Source: a virus (taxonomy: Duplodnaviria > Caudoviricetes). From it: a DNA stretch of 61,052 nucleotides. Below the pieces are notes generated by a model that saw only the letters and a list, made by a program, of their open reading frames with translations, ran no database searches and was not told where the DNA came from. This document shows, piece after piece, positions 28,501 through 39,714 of this stretch. How positions within the stretch are numbered: the stretch's first letter is position 1; each line of letters starts with the position of its first letter. The position numbers were made by a program, and so were the translations under genes. The stretch lies in IMG/VR virus record IMGVR_UViG_3300046780_000585, positions 1 to 61,052 of that record; one strand, 5' to 3'.

Positions 28501-29429
28501 CAGTTTGCTCCATAACCGGTTTGCGGGGCACCGCCGCTTCCCATCGTAGCGCGGTCCTTACGAGCTTTAGCCATTAATTTGTAGAAGTGTTCCTGGCCCT
28601 TAAAGGCCGCTACGTCGCGCGGAATCACGAACTCACCGACATTCAAATTGGCGTTCACGTCATCAACTTGTTGACCGCCCGACGGGCTATCGTCGGCGGG
28701 AACGTAGCCGCCGGGCTGATACCCGACGGGACCACCTGCCGCCATCATCGATCCAGGACCGACCGGCCCCTGCTGCCACATCGCAAGCCCGCCAGGACCA
28801 CCACTGCCGCCGCCGCTGCCGCCATCGCTAAAACTATGGCTCGATCCCGACGACTGCGACGTACCTTGTGACTGCTGCCCCAGCGGCGAGTATTTCAAAC
28901 TCATACCGGTGCCTAGAAGTTGGTTCGCCGCATTGGCGGCACCGTAGCCCGTTTGGACGTTTTGCAACCCAGCCGAGGTGGCCTGCTGCTGCATGGCGTT
29001 GCCGGTGGCAACGTCGGCCATGCGCTGCTGATTGCCCGCGCCCGCTACGCTCGCCGCCGACTGCACCCGATCAGCCCGATCTAACCCGGCATAACGTCCG
29101 GCTGATGGGTCGATGCCGTAGCTCTGCAGATCGGATATCGCCGACTGCCGCGCTGCTTCAGCACCTTGCGCCACGCCTGCCTCGGCCTGCCCCATGTCGA
29201 CCGCCTGGCGCTGCGGACTGGCGTAGGACAAGGCATTGCGCATCATGCTGTCGATGTTGCCCTGGTTGTTGGCGAATTGCTGCATGCCCCACTGGTAGAC
29301 CTGCGGGGCCATGTTCTCCGAATATTGGGCGATGCTCTCGAGGATCGGCGTTTCCGAGTAATTCGGAATGAACGACGTGCCCGATTGCTGGCTGCTAGAC
29401 TCTTGTGAGCTGCTGGATGTCGAAGCCAT
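28500..29429 (-). CDS. Putative ejection/pilot protein
   Basis: Gln/Ala/Gly-rich; YGIDPSAGRY; DDVNANLNVGEFVIPRDV. Confidence 0.7.
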   Translation of the reverse strand: MASTSSSSQESSSQQSGTSFIPNYSETPILESIAQYSENMAPQVYQWGMQQFANNQGNIDSMMRNALSYASPQRQAVDMGQAEAGVAQGAEAARQSAISDLQSYGIDPSAGRYAGLDRADRVQSAASVAGAGNQQRMADVATGNAMQQQATSAGLQNVQTGYGAANAANQLLGTGMSLKYSPLGQQSQGTSQSSGSSHSFSDGGSGGGSGGPGGLAMWQQGPVGPGSMMAAGGPVGYQPGGYVPADDSPSGGQQVDDVNANLNVGEFVIPRDVAAFKGQEHFYKLMAKARKDRATMGSGGAPQTGYGAN

Positions 29430-29458
29430 AACCGTGCCTCCAAGCTATTTTCGCCCGC

Positions 29459-30448
29459 CTACTGCAACGGAGCAGCGATCATAGTCGTTACGCCCGTCGA
29501 CGTACCGGCAAAAAATGACCAAGTGGCGCCGCCGTCTACAGACAATGCCACAGCACCGGGGCCTTCTCCGCTGTCGTTCGTATAGCCGCCAGCCATGAAA
29601 ATCCCGTTATATCCCGCTACGCAAGTGACCCGTCCGATGCCTGGCATAGACACGGTCGATGAAAATCCCACGGTTATCTGTCCTCCTGGAGGATGTTTTG
29701 TAACGATAACATCACCCGATCCAGGATCGTAGCTGACTGCACCACTGTCATAAAATATCGTCGGTGGTAAATCTGGTTTTGCCGTAGTCTGCGTTTTCAG
29801 ATCATATTGCATGACGCCATCCGGCACATGCTGGCCGAGTGAGTCAAAACAATCGTTATTGACACATTGGTCGACAAAGCCAGCGCCGCTGCGCCCCCAG
29901 CCTGTACCGTCCGATGAACTGAACACTTCTTCTCCGCTCCCACCTACGCCACCGGAAAATTGGTCGTAATAAAACGACGACTTGTCCGGATTCCAGACAA
30001 GAGCAAGAGACTCAATGGATTTTTCATCATGAAAGCTTGTCACTATCGCTGCTTCTTCGTGAACTATGCCCCAGTTGAGCCCATCATTGGACGCATAAAT
30101 CACCGTGTGCCGGTCAATGGCTCCAGTCGTATTTCCAACATCGTCCGTTATCTCGTGAAAATTAGACGCCGTACCGCAAACCAGAAGCACGTCCACACCC
30201 TTTATTTTGGCGTAAGAGCTTCCAATAACGCCAAACAAAGCCTTAGCTCCATAATCAATGATGGTTGCTGGTTCCGGCAAGACGATGCTATGCCGTTTCG
30301 AACTGCCGTCCTTCCCGGTTAGTTTTACGTAATGCAATTCATTCCCGAGCTGCGTGCCGTAAATGAAAACCGGACCGACACTCCAGTTCACGTTGACGAT
30401 GCGCTGGAAAAAATCCTCGTGATAGGGCGGCGCATCCGTCAAGACCAT
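29459..30448 (-). CDS. Tail-associated protein with BNR/Asp-box-like repeats
   Basis: SNDGLNW, SSDGTGW, SVDGGATW. Confidence 0.65.
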   Translation of the reverse strand: MVLTDAPPYHEDFFQRIVNVNWSVGPVFIYGTQLGNELHYVKLTGKDGSSKRHSIVLPEPATIIDYGAKALFGVIGSSYAKIKGVDVLLVCGTASNFHEITDDVGNTTGAIDRHTVIYASNDGLNWGIVHEEAAIVTSFHDEKSIESLALVWNPDKSSFYYDQFSGGVGGSGEEVFSSSDGTGWGRSGAGFVDQCVNNDCFDSLGQHVPDGVMQYDLKTQTTAKPDLPPTIFYDSGAVSYDPGSGDVIVTKHPPGGQITVGFSSTVSMPGIGRVTCVAGYNGIFMAGGYTNDSGEGPGAVALSVDGGATWSFFAGTSTGVTTMIAAPLQ

Positions 30449-30451
30449 CTC

Positions 30452-30835
30452 CTAACGTTTATATTGCCAATCAAATGTTTCGCCGTAAGGATCGTCATAC
30501 AGATACTGAAACACGATCTTGTCGATACGCACGACATCGATATACATACTCTTGTCTTGCTTGCCGTCGGCATCTTTATGATAAACACGCAGGTTTCTTG
30601 TATCGCGATCAGTTTCGAACCAGTTTGGTCTATCCGCGACGATCGGCGGTCCCATGTTTGGCGACGTAAATCCTCCAGCCAACCCCGGACCAATCGTGTC
30701 CTGCAACACCCGCTTGAGTGAGTTGACCGCCTGCAGCAGCGAAGGCAGATCCATGGCTCGTGGGACCGCCGGCTGCTTGGCACCAGGCATCCACACGACT
30801 TGATTGCGAGTGACGGGACAGACAGGTGCGGTCAT
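30452..30835 (-). CDS. Virion protein, paralog 3
   Basis: TAPVCPVTRN..AMDLPS. Confidence 0.7.
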   Translation of the reverse strand: MTAPVCPVTRNQVVWMPGAKQPAVPRAMDLPSLLQAVNSLKRVLQDTIGPGLAGGFTSPNMGPPIVADRPNWFETDRDTRNLRVYHKDADGKQDKSMYIDVVRIDKIVFQYLYDDPYGETFDWQYKR

Positions 30836-31344
30836 TGTACTTCAATCCCTGGTACACCAGTGAACGTGCGCGGATCAGTCGGGTTGACGTCTCCCCCATC
30901 GATCTTCATTAGCTTTTTCCCTGGCTCTGGCCGAAAAACCCACTCAGCGATAAGATCTATCTTCTGAACTTTGTCATGCCACTTGATGTAAACAATACGA
31001 TCAACCTCTAGCCATTGGGCAAAATCGTAGTCGCCTGTAGTGGCATTCTTGGCGTAATATCTTATCGTCGCCGTGTGCCGCTCCTTCTCTCTCCAGCGCA
31101 CCGTCTGCGGTCTTACGCCGTAATAACCGCCAGCCGGATTGCCGCCTCCACCCCCTATGTTGTTGCCCACCGGTCCAGCGAGCGTTTGCAGCAGTTGGGC
31201 AGCTTGGTTGGCTGCGGCTATAGCCGAAGGAAGATCGACCGCCTTGGGCACATACGGCAACATGATGCCAGGCATACCCGGCAACACTTCGTTGCGGCTG
31301 ACCGGACAAACCGGAGCTGTATTGCCGTTAGCTCGGGGTGCCAT
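30832..31344 (-). CDS. Virion protein, paralog 2
   Basis: TAPVCPVSRN..AVDLPS. Confidence 0.7.
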   Translation of the reverse strand: MAPRANGNTAPVCPVSRNEVLPGMPGIMLPYVPKAVDLPSAIAAANQAAQLLQTLAGPVGNNIGGGGGNPAGGYYGVRPQTVRWREKERHTATIRYYAKNATTGDYDFAQWLEVDRIVYIKWHDKVQKIDLIAEWVFRPEPGKKLMKIDGGDVNPTDPRTFTGVPGIEVQ

Positions 31345-31720
31345 AGGCCAGGTTCCACTCCAGTGTTACTTGTGTTTTCTGCTCGCGATAAAGCAAATAG
31401 GTTATGCGTTCCATCTCGACATAGACCTGATCGTCACCAGGATTGTATATTCTGACAGTGTCTATGACCTGACGCTCGCGTACCCAAAGCGGAAAGCGCC
31501 GCCCGACAGCACTTGCGGGCGACGAACCGGCCCCCGGCATACCATTGCCGCCGGGGAGCGCCTTGAGTTGCTGCGCAACGAGATTAATCTGGTTAAGCGC
31601 TGCGATAGCTGACGGAAGATCGGTCGCCGGCACGATCGCCTGCTGCGCAGGCGGCGTGCTGATGACGCCTTCGCTGCGGCTGACCGGGCAGATTGGTGCG
31701 GTGCCGTTCCCGTTGCTCAT
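31328..31720 (-). CDS. Virion protein, paralog 1
   Basis: TAPICPVSRS..ATDLPS. Confidence 0.7.
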   Translation of the reverse strand: MSNGNGTAPICPVSRSEGVISTPPAQQAIVPATDLPSAIAALNQINLVAQQLKALPGGNGMPGAGSSPASAVGRRFPLWVRERQVIDTVRIYNPGDDQVYVEMERITYLLYREQKTQVTLEWNLAYGTPS

Positions 31721-34017
31721 ATGAGCCCGAGCTCCTTGACGCTTGTCGCCACCTGGACGTTTGACACCACGACCCTGCCTTCCACTTCGAACTGCCACGA
31801 CTCATATTTACTCCTGGAATAAATTCGCAACAGTTCACCAGAATATCGTAGCTCTCTAGTCTGATAGAGCTGGTCATCAGCATAGACACGTAAAATACCA
31901 TACTGCTGTGGACCTAGCACTGGCTGCGGATCATCCGTATCTCGATCAACTTGCGCCGGCGTCGTGCCCGGCACCGTGAACCACAGCTTCATAGCCGCGA
32001 AGTTCTTACGCGACAGCTGCTGGTAGATTTTAGACCGCCATTTGTATGGCACAATCACCGGATTGGCGTCGGTGAAGTCGTAATAGTAAATCGATCCATT
32101 TTGAACCAACATCGCAATGCCGGTCCACGGATCAAGCTGTATGTTGTCGATGTCGAAATCATTCGGGCTGGATAGTTGCCCAAACCCCAGCCTGTGGCCA
32201 CCTGGCTGTGGCCAGACTGTGAAGCTGGTCTGGTCCTGCGGCGACAGTTCGACCGTGAACCCCTGCCGGATGATGTTAGGACTGTCTTGGATAGAGCCGA
32301 AGGCAAAATAACTCGTCGCGTGTTTGATTGCCCGCACGTGTTTCTGCGGTGTCAACGCCTGCCATCGCTCGCGCGTGATCCAGCCCTCGGTGACGTTGGA
32401 ACCGGCACCTGACTGGCTGATCTGGATAAGACCATTCTGCGAGACGTATAAAACAGTAGTGTCCGTGCTGATTATGCTCCCTCTGTGCAGACACGGTTCC
32501 GGCAGGTTGATCTTGGTGAGCGCCATGGCGGACGGGTTCACGCCGCTGGCCACGTAGGGCGAACCTTGCGTGCATATGACGATGGATTGCCCGCACACGC
32601 CAATACCGACGATCGGAAACTCGGTCGTGAGCACGTAGCCAGACGGCCAAGCATGCGGCCGATAGGCTTCCGAGAACCACAGCTCGTTCGACCGCCAGCC
32701 CACCGCGATCCCGTTGGGGAACGATACGATGCCCTGCATGTCCGTCGGCGGACCGAACCAGTAATACGACAGCAGCTGACTGTTCAACGCCACGACATCG
32801 TCGCCGATCGTGTCGACATAGACCGCCTGCGTGACCGGGATTTCGGCTACGAAGAAATACGTCCCCTGTCCGGATTGATTGGTAATGGACCGGTAGATGC
32901 GCGTGGTCTTGATGTTGCGATCCGGCGGCCACACAGTCCCGCTACCGTCAGTGCCGCCGCCCATGTTGTTGAGCGTCGGCATGAACAATTCGATCCGCCA
33001 GGTTCCGTTCGACCAACCGTTGACCACCGTCGGCAAGGACGGTGGACCCTCCTCGCCGTACTCCGTCACCCATGTGTAGACGTAGGCCCGTGCCACGAAC
33101 ACCGAAGCACCGAACAAATCAGCCCACACCTGGAACGTCGCTGTAGTAGCCACGCTAGGGATATTGAGAAAATCCGGAGCGCCGTTGCTGAACACAGCAG
33201 TGTATGCCGCACCACTGTTGGTGTTATCGGCAGTCAACAAGTAGTACGGAGCGTCGGTCTGGATACCGACCCAATATGTGAGATTGGCAACAACGGATAC
33301 GCTGTTGGAGAATGAGCCAACCTGTGTTCCACCTGACAAATTCGCAATCGTGTCGTTGCCGACACCTAGAAGCTGATACGGCTTGCCGTTGAGATCGTCA
33401 TATACGACAGCCCGAAACATTAGCTGGTTGCCGCTTCCATCCGGGATCAACGCAAAACTGACGTCGTTTATGAGCATGGTGCCGCCAGGGACGATCGGCA
33501 CCAGCACGATCTCGTTGCCGGGGATGTAAGTCTGCGCTCCGCCGGTGGGCCCGATGTTCTGGAAGCCCAGCTGGGACGTATCGCCGCCGCCTGTGATGGT
33601 CACACCCGGAGCGCAGCCCGACGCCGGCACGCCCAGCATCCACCAGGATTGGTCTTGCATGATCCGGTCGTAAGTATTGTACCTCGGCACGTCCGACGGA
33701 GATGCTGCGTAGTACCTTTGAAAACTGTCATCAACAACCGGCGTGCGAATGACATTCGTATCGGGATCCGGGAATTCGAGCCACTTGGAGTCGCTGGCCG
33801 TGATCAATGTGTCGTTGGTGCGCCTATCTGGAATTCTATATACATACTTTGCTGCAGTATTATTTAGTTGGCGTAGCAGCTTGGGCTGCCGCCAGCCGAT
33901 GAGTGCGCCGCTGAACAGGTAGCAATTAAGAGAGTAGTCCGACTGACCATCCGGAAGTAATCTTGAATCCCACGAGGGAAGCATCCCGCCAAAACGGTCT
34001 AGTTTTATCGCTGTCAT
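31717..34017 (-). CDS. Podovirus tail/stabilization (nozzle-like) protein
   Basis: FGGMLP, RAYVYTWVTEYGEEGPPS, FSEAYRPHAWP, YKWRSK. Confidence 0.75.
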   Translation of the reverse strand: MTAIKLDRFGGMLPSWDSRLLPDGQSDYSLNCYLFSGALIGWRQPKLLRQLNNTAAKYVYRIPDRRTNDTLITASDSKWLEFPDPDTNVIRTPVVDDSFQRYYAASPSDVPRYNTYDRIMQDQSWWMLGVPASGCAPGVTITGGGDTSQLGFQNIGPTGGAQTYIPGNEIVLVPIVPGGTMLINDVSFALIPDGSGNQLMFRAVVYDDLNGKPYQLLGVGNDTIANLSGGTQVGSFSNSVSVVANLTYWVGIQTDAPYYLLTADNTNSGAAYTAVFSNGAPDFLNIPSVATTATFQVWADLFGASVFVARAYVYTWVTEYGEEGPPSLPTVVNGWSNGTWRIELFMPTLNNMGGGTDGSGTVWPPDRNIKTTRIYRSITNQSGQGTYFFVAEIPVTQAVYVDTIGDDVVALNSQLLSYYWFGPPTDMQGIVSFPNGIAVGWRSNELWFSEAYRPHAWPSGYVLTTEFPIVGIGVCGQSIVICTQGSPYVASGVNPSAMALTKINLPEPCLHRGSIISTDTTVLYVSQNGLIQISQSGAGSNVTEGWITRERWQALTPQKHVRAIKHATSYFAFGSIQDSPNIIRQGFTVELSPQDQTSFTVWPQPGGHRLGFGQLSSPNDFDIDNIQLDPWTGIAMLVQNGSIYYYDFTDANPVIVPYKWRSKIYQQLSRKNFAAMKLWFTVPGTTPAQVDRDTDDPQPVLGPQQYGILRVYADDQLYQTRELRYSGELLRIYSRSKYESWQFEVEGRVVVSNVQVATSVKELGLI

Positions 34018-34447
34018 GATGTGCCTCAAGATATTCTATCAGTTGCTGCAACCGCTCGACACTGTCTTTGACATGACCCAAAGCTAAATTGCAGCCGTTA
34101 CAAACAATCTCGCGCACCTTCTTTGTGCCGTGACAGTGATCAAGACTCCATTGTCCGTTCTTCCGCCCCGGATTAGTGCTCCCACATGCCGCGCACTTCA
34201 TCCCTTGAGCGGCCCACATAGCTTCGTACTGTTCAGGTGTAAGACCATAGTGGCGCTTAAGATCGTGCTTCTTCATAGAAGCAAGCCATTTCTCCCGGTT
34301 TTCTTTCCGCCAACGAATCCCTTGAGCACGATTCTTAACCTTCCCTTTTTCAGACTGGTTGTATTTGCGGACGGATGCTTTGCGTTTTTCCGTCCGCGCA
34401 TACTCACGTTGATACGTGCGCTTTCTTTCGGGATCGCTATAAGTCAT
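33926..34447 (-). CDS. Endonuclease VII-family homing endonuclease
   Basis: YGLTPEQY..QGMKCAAC..LDHCHGTKKVREIVCNGCNLALG; overlaps the start of the next gene by about 90 nt. Confidence 0.88.
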   Translation of the reverse strand: MTYSDPERKRTYQREYARTEKRKASVRKYNQSEKGKVKNRAQGIRWRKENREKWLASMKKHDLKRHYGLTPEQYEAMWAAQGMKCAACGSTNPGRKNGQWSLDHCHGTKKVREIVCNGCNLALGHVKDSVERLQQLIEYLEAHHDSDKTRPFWRDASLVGFKITSGWSVGLLS

Positions 34448-34944
34448 TTCGGCTTGCCGAATGTTGCGCCACTGGCCGGAAACACCTCCTGTTGCGTCGG
34501 GTTTGGGTGATAGACTGGCGTCATGGTTCCTTCCCTGGCCGCCTCATCCGCCTTGATCTTCCGCTGGACTTCGCGGTTGCGCTCGATTTCCGCCTCGGCC
34601 TTTGCCACCATGGCTCGCCCCATCGCGACCTCGGCCTCGTATTCCGCCTGCTGCCGCGGCGTGCGATGCGGCACCGGGGCGATCTCGACCGGCTTCTCCT
34701 CGCGCATTTGCCGGATACGCTCGAGCAACTGATCGCGCGTTGCAGGCTCGAGGTTCACGTTCGAGCTCGCCTGCTTGAGATCGTCCTCCTCGATCCGGCG
34801 AGCCTCGGCATCCTGCGAGGCGCGATGGGCCGTTTGCCTTGCTTCGGCTTCGGCGCGCTCGAGCGCGATGCGCGCGGATTCGTCGCGAATTTTGGCGACC
34901 CGTTCTTCCGCCTTGATGATCGAGTCGGTTTTTTGCTGAGCCAT
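34444..34944 (-). CDS. Hypothetical coiled-coil protein
   Basis: GGAG SD; packed in the operon. Confidence 0.65.
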   Translation of the reverse strand: MAQQKTDSIIKAEERVAKIRDESARIALERAEAEARQTAHRASQDAEARRIEEDDLKQASSNVNLEPATRDQLLERIRQMREEKPVEIAPVPHRTPRQQAEYEAEVAMGRAMVAKAEAEIERNREVQRKIKADEAAREGTMTPVYHPNPTQQEVFPASGATFGKPK

Positions 34945-34945
34945 C

Positions 34946-35152
34946 TTATGCAGCTCCGGTAGCTAGCGCAGCGCAAACCCCGCCAGCCGCACGTTGATCG
35001 AGTGTCGGAGAGCCACAGACGACGCGCAGCTGCTCCCACGCACCGCCATTGGCATACTGATTGTACGTAGTGCCGGGGCCCTGCGCATCAGCATCCGATA
35101 TTTGCTTGAAAACGCCACCTGCATTGTACTGGTTGAACACGATACTAGCCAT
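34946..35152 (-). CDS. Hypothetical protein
   Basis: GGAGG SD; internal NQY..GG repeat. Confidence 0.65.
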   Translation of the reverse strand: MASIVFNQYNAGGVFKQISDADAQGPGTTYNQYANGGAWEQLRVVCGSPTLDQRAAGGVCAALATGAA

Positions 35153-35161
35153 GTTGTCCTC

Positions 35162-35440
35162 CTATGGTGCCACCACAACGAAAGAAACCGTATCATTTTT
35201 GACGTTCTCGAGACTGTCAGTCATCGTCAGCGACAACGTTACCTGCTCATTGACGACGCCGCCGGACAAGAAAAACACGATCTCGCGCCCCAAGATAGAA
35301 ATATTGCCGACAGTGCAAGTCGCGGAATTGGACTCGACATCGATCTGTTCAATCGTAGCGGCGTTGTCCAGCCAGTCGTCGTAATCCACACGCCATCGTA
35401 TGACATCCCCTGCTGTATGTGTCCTACTGTCCAAAATCAT
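35162..35440 (-). CDS. Putative fibre-tail adaptor protein
   Basis: VDYDDWL..FFLSGG; beta-rich, adjacent to the fibre genes. Confidence 0.6.
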   Translation of the reverse strand: MILDSRTHTAGDVIRWRVDYDDWLDNAATIEQIDVESNSATCTVGNISILGREIVFFLSGGVVNEQVTLSLTMTDSLENVKNDTVSFVVVAP

Positions 35441-35552
35441 CGCCGTATGCCTCTATGACCCTATGCTCTCCCGGCACCACGATCACACGTTCTTCCGCAG
35501 GAACAACGCTGATCCTGATCTGCTCCGGCACGATGATCGTATCCTCGCTCAT
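35424..35552 (-). CDS. Small protein (42 aa) with repeated IVVP.E.R motif
   Basis: ATGA-coupled; [32 protein letters not shown]. Confidence 0.55.
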   Translation of the reverse strand: MSEDTIIVPEQIRISVVPAEERVIVVPGEHRVIEAYGDDFGQ

Positions 35553-36850
35553 AGCAACGCCCCATAGAACGTCGTGACGAAATTGACCGCAGCCACCGTC
35601 GTCGTGGTGGCGGAAGGTGAGAAGCAATAGCACTCGTAGTAGTCGGTACCGTTGGCCTGGTCGACGGTATCCACCTGAGTATACGCCGAATTCGACGTAG
35701 ACTGCGCGCCATTTTGCACGATGCAGGCGCCGTTCTTGAATATCATGACCTGCGGAAACACGTTGTTGCGGACGCCTGCCGAAAAAAACAGCCCGGCCCC
35801 GAGATGCACGATCCCGGCCGACGGCGTCCAACGAAAATTGGTGGCGTCGTACTTGTTATTGACGTCGAATACCTTGGTGGCGAACTTGAGTTTGGTGTTC
35901 GTGCTGTCGACAATGCCGGTCTGGTTGGTTGCCAGCTTGGCCCGGAATGCATCCTTGATGCCGGGTGGCGATCCCGTGGGGCCTGTCGTACCGGTCGAGC
36001 CGGTCAAGCCGAGTGGCCCGGTCAATCCGGTGGGTCCCGTAGGGCCGATCGCGCCCGCAGGACCCGTGTTGCCGGCTGGGCCCGTAACGCCGATGCCCGT
36101 GGGGCCGACACCAAACGGACCCGTATTGCCGGTTGGCCCGGTCAAGCCTAGAGGGCCAGTCGGACCCGTCAACCCGCGCGGGCCGGTATATCCGGTCGGC
36201 CCGTCGACGCCGTTGTAGCCGTCGACACCGCGAGGGCCGGTGGCGCCGACGCCAGGACCTGTGGGCCCCGTGGCGCCTGTAGTCGAAGCAAACCCCGCCG
36301 GACCTGTTGCGCCAAGTCCCGTCGGCCCGGTGGCCCCTGTCGATCCCAACGCACCCGTTAGTCCAGTCGGTCCTGTAAAACCCGCGACACCCTGTGGTCC
36401 CGCAAATCCTATGACGCCCTGCGGCCCCTGCGGGCCCACCACGCCCTGCACCCCGGCCACCCCCGACGAGCCAGTTGGTCCCGTAAAACTCGACCCGGTA
36501 GCCCCAGGGGGACCGTTGGCGCCCACGAACCCCACCGGACCCTGCGGTCCCGTCGATCCGGTGGCACCCTGAAGAGCCGCCTGACCAGGCGCGCCCGTCG
36601 GCCCGGTCTGTCCGATACCAGCCGGGCCCGTAGCCCCGGTCGACGATGCTGCACCAGGAGAACCGGTCGGCCCGATTGGCCCAACATTACCCAAGGCGCC
36701 GGGTGCCCCAGTAGCGCCAGGCGCACCCGTCGGACCGCCAGCAGGACCGGTCGGGCCAGGACCACCCGCAGGACCGGACGGGCCCGCAGGCCCCGACACC
36801 ACCACAACCGGGCGGGTCGCGATCGGTGCTGCGGGCGCCGGGTTGGCCAT
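35549..36850 (-). CDS. Collagen-like fibre with C1q-like head
   Basis: Long G-P-T/G-A-T repeats; [22 protein letters not shown]. Confidence 0.85.
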   Translation of the reverse strand: MANPAPAAPIATRPVVVVSGPAGPSGPAGGPGPTGPAGGPTGAPGATGAPGALGNVGPIGPTGSPGAASSTGATGPAGIGQTGPTGAPGQAALQGATGSTGPQGPVGFVGANGPPGATGSSFTGPTGSSGVAGVQGVVGPQGPQGVIGFAGPQGVAGFTGPTGLTGALGSTGATGPTGLGATGPAGFASTTGATGPTGPGVGATGPRGVDGYNGVDGPTGYTGPRGLTGPTGPLGLTGPTGNTGPFGVGPTGIGVTGPAGNTGPAGAIGPTGPTGLTGPLGLTGSTGTTGPTGSPPGIKDAFRAKLATNQTGIVDSTNTKLKFATKVFDVNNKYDATNFRWTPSAGIVHLGAGLFFSAGVRNNVFPQVMIFKNGACIVQNGAQSTSNSAYTQVDTVDQANGTDYYECYCFSPSATTTTVAAVNFVTTFYGALL

Positions 36851-36851
36851 A

Positions 36852-37319
36852 TCAGCCTATTCTCCAAGCCGTTCCATCGGCAAACACCGGCACCTTGTTG
36901 CTGCCACCTCCAGCTACGACACTGTTGAACGTCGCAACAGTCGCATCCGTGACGAAATTGCGGCCACCCACCGTACTCGCTGCTGGCAAACTAGACACCG
37001 TATTAGGTCCACCTATCGTTCCGGTCGGACCAGTCGCTCCGATGGCTCCAGTCGGCCCAGCGACAACCGACGGCGAGCCGATCCCCGGCGGCCCCGTGTT
37101 TCCCGTCGGTCCCGTGAACGCGCCGGCACCGGGCGAGCCTGTCGGACCCGTGTAGCCGACAACGCCGGTAGCGCCCTGCGGACCAGTGGCGCCGGTGACG
37201 GAAGCAGACCCCTGCGCGCCCGTCGGGCCAGTCGGGCCGCCGCTTGGACCCGTTGGACCACCAACAACCGCGACTGGGCGCGCCATGATGGGAGCAGGAA
37301 CGGAAGGTTGCGTTGCCAT
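36852..37319 (-). CDS. Short collagen-like fibre protein
   Basis: GXT repeats; ends [13 protein letters not shown]. Confidence 0.8.
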   Translation of the reverse strand: MATQPSVPAPIMARPVAVVGGPTGPSGGPTGPTGAQGSASVTGATGPQGATGVVGYTGPTGSPGAGAFTGPTGNTGPPGIGSPSVVAGPTGAIGATGPTGTIGGPNTVSSLPAASTVGGRNFVTDATVATFNSVVAGGGSNKVPVFADGTAWRIG

Positions 37320-37323
37320 GGAG

Positions 37324-39132
37324 CTAACTCAGTGTGATTTGAGGATCGATGTAGTACGTGACGCTCGGCTTGGCGGCGCGGACACGGGCGTGCAGGTAGC
37401 CGACCATACCGGGCTGCGGCGAGGACAGCGTGGCGGTCAGCTTGAAGGGCGACCAACCCGCTCCTGATCCACCGCCGTTCCACGTCGAACCGTCCGACGC
37501 CACCGCAGCATTGGCCGCCAGCACATTGGCCTTGGTCGTGGTGACGATGGTGCCTTGGGGGGTTAAGGCGGAGCCGAGATACTCGACCTCCAGCCAGATG
37601 TCGTCGTTATTCGGCAGGGACGCAGAGTTGATCGTGCCGCACACCGTCACCGTGACGTTAGCGCCAGTCGTTGGGTTCCATTGTGCATAGGGCTCGGCCT
37701 TGAACGGCCGCAGCCATTGCGAGTTCGCGGTGGTGACTATCTTGCGGGACTGCGCTTGCCCGGTCGGGTCGGCTGCGCCGCCGACGCGCGTGACCGAGGT
37801 CTCGGTCGTCTCGGTACCTTCGTACTGATAACGCGCAGACTTGTAAGAGGTAGCGCCACTATCGGAACGCACCGCCTGAACCACCGAAGCCGTTGTCAAC
37901 GGTGTGCCAAATGTTGCCGCTGCATTCAACTTGCAGTCCTTGAACGTGAACGCGCCTGCCATCGCCTGAGAATAACTGATCAGAGTCCCCGCAATCGCGC
38001 TTAGATCGACCGCCTCGACCACAAGTTGCGGAGAGGCAGCAGCCGTATTCAAAGCGAAAAGAGTACTGGGGATAGATGAACCCGATGCCAGCGCAGACGC
38101 AGTATTTTGCCAGACAAACACACCAAAAAAGAGATTGATGGTTTGTCCAGTAGCCGAGAATTTGAGCGTAGTATTGTTGAGAATTATGGAAGTGTAAGCA
38201 CCTGCAGCCCCCCATTGTATGGTAGAAGCCGCACCTGTACTCAATAATTGCAAGGAGCAATTATCTAAATTAATTCCGCCGACACCGGTACCGACAACGA
38301 CATTAACCGTAGCGCTGCTCCCGCTCCCAGACTGAAACGTCACGCCATAAAAATACAGAGTTGAAGTGCTGCCAGAGAGCACCAAACCTGACGTACCGGT
38401 GGCCGCAACCGTCGCACCTGTCGTCAGATTGCCAGATGTCGGTGGATAACTGCCTGAATGATTATGACACAATATTTTGTTAAGCAACCCAGCGGAAGCT
38501 GGCGGAGAAATAGTAATCGCCGTCGCCTGCGACTCGGCGTGGTTGTCGCCGACATAGATCGTATTACCGGCAGCGAACCAGTTTAAGGTGGCGGCGTTGG
38601 GGATGCGCGCGTGCGGCGCTTGACCACCAGTGAAGTTACCAACCACACCCAGGCAGGTCCATGTGACCGTGCTGTCCACCTGTGTTGTGCCAGCGGTGTT
38701 GTTGGCCCATGCCGGCTCGGATGCACCTGTGCTCCCGGCCGTCGAGCATATCCAGTAGCTCGCGCCGTTGTTGCGCTGAATAATCGCACCGAGCGTGACG
38801 GCCGACGAAATCGCCTTTGCGGCTGCCCAGGTCGGCGTATTGGTCAGGTCGCCGTTGACAGCAGACGCGCCGGTGCATTCCTGCCACGTCGCGGTGCCGT
38901 CCGTCGTTCGCGCGCCTCTGGTGGTGACCCACGTCGCGTCGGTTACGTTCGCGGTCGTACCTGCAATGATGCAGACAAACACCCGCTCGCTACCGACCGC
39001 AGGAGCAGTAAATTGCCGAACCAATTGCCCAGCCGTGACCGCCGTGTTCTGGGGCCTTTTAGCAACTGCATAGTGACCGGTGGTGCTTTGATCCCCCGCG
39101 TTGCAGTACCAGGTCGTATCAAATAGAGCCAT
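37324..39132 (-). CDS. Tail fibre/spike-like protein
   Basis: Thr/Ser/Ala-rich; repeated [17 protein letters not shown] modules. Confidence 0.7.
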   Translation of the reverse strand: MALFDTTWYCNAGDQSTTGHYAVAKRPQNTAVTAGQLVRQFTAPAVGSERVFVCIIAGTTANVTDATWVTTRGARTTDGTATWQECTGASAVNGDLTNTPTWAAAKAISSAVTLGAIIQRNNGASYWICSTAGSTGASEPAWANNTAGTTQVDSTVTWTCLGVVGNFTGGQAPHARIPNAATLNWFAAGNTIYVGDNHAESQATAITISPPASAGLLNKILCHNHSGSYPPTSGNLTTGATVAATGTSGLVLSGSTSTLYFYGVTFQSGSGSSATVNVVVGTGVGGINLDNCSLQLLSTGAASTIQWGAAGAYTSIILNNTTLKFSATGQTINLFFGVFVWQNTASALASGSSIPSTLFALNTAAASPQLVVEAVDLSAIAGTLISYSQAMAGAFTFKDCKLNAAATFGTPLTTASVVQAVRSDSGATSYKSARYQYEGTETTETSVTRVGGAADPTGQAQSRKIVTTANSQWLRPFKAEPYAQWNPTTGANVTVTVCGTINSASLPNNDDIWLEVEYLGSALTPQGTIVTTTKANVLAANAAVASDGSTWNGGGSGAGWSPFKLTATLSSPQPGMVGYLHARVRAAKPSVTYYIDPQITLS

Positions 39133-39714
39133 CTAGAACAGCCCTCCCGCAATCAACATCGTCGAGTAAGGGCCGGTCATGCCGGTTGAACCGGTAGGGC
39201 CGGTCGCTCCGGCCGTGCCTGCGCCACCAGCAGCACCTGTCATGCCGGTTGGCCCCGTCGTTCCAGGCGCTCCAGCACCGCCAGCCGAACCAGCTTGACC
39301 TGTAGCACCAGTCGGCCCGGTCGCCCCCGCCGATCCGACGCCGCCGCCTGCACCTACAGCACCTGTCGAACCCGATGGGCCGGTCGCTCCCGTCGATCCA
39401 ACACCAGTCGGACCCGTCGGTCCCGAACCACCGCCACCCGCGCCTGTTCCAGTTGGCCCAATGGCTCCCGTCGGACCCGTCGCACCAAGTCCGGTCGGCC
39501 CGGTTGATCCTGTATTGCCAACCGGGCCCAATCCGCTCGGCCCGGTCGGTCCGATCGATCCCGTGAGCCCGGTTGCTCCTGTCGGTCCAGACGGTCCTGC
39601 CGGTCCTGTCGTAACTCCAACAACCCACACACCCCGCGACGTGTAGGTGTAGGTCACGCCGCCATACGTGTAAGTCTGTCCTACCGACGGAGAACTGGGG
39701 AAATCGATCGGCAT
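39133..39714 (-). CDS. Collagen-like fibre protein
   Basis: [13 protein letters not shown] followed by GXT repeats. Confidence 0.8.
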   Translation of the reverse strand: MPIDFPSSPSVGQTYTYGGVTYTYTSRGVWVVGVTTGPAGPSGPTGATGLTGSIGPTGPSGLGPVGNTGSTGPTGLGATGPTGAIGPTGTGAGGGGSGPTGPTGVGSTGATGPSGSTGAVGAGGGVGSAGATGPTGATGQAGSAGGAGAPGTTGPTGMTGAAGGAGTAGATGPTGSTGMTGPYSTMLIAGGLF

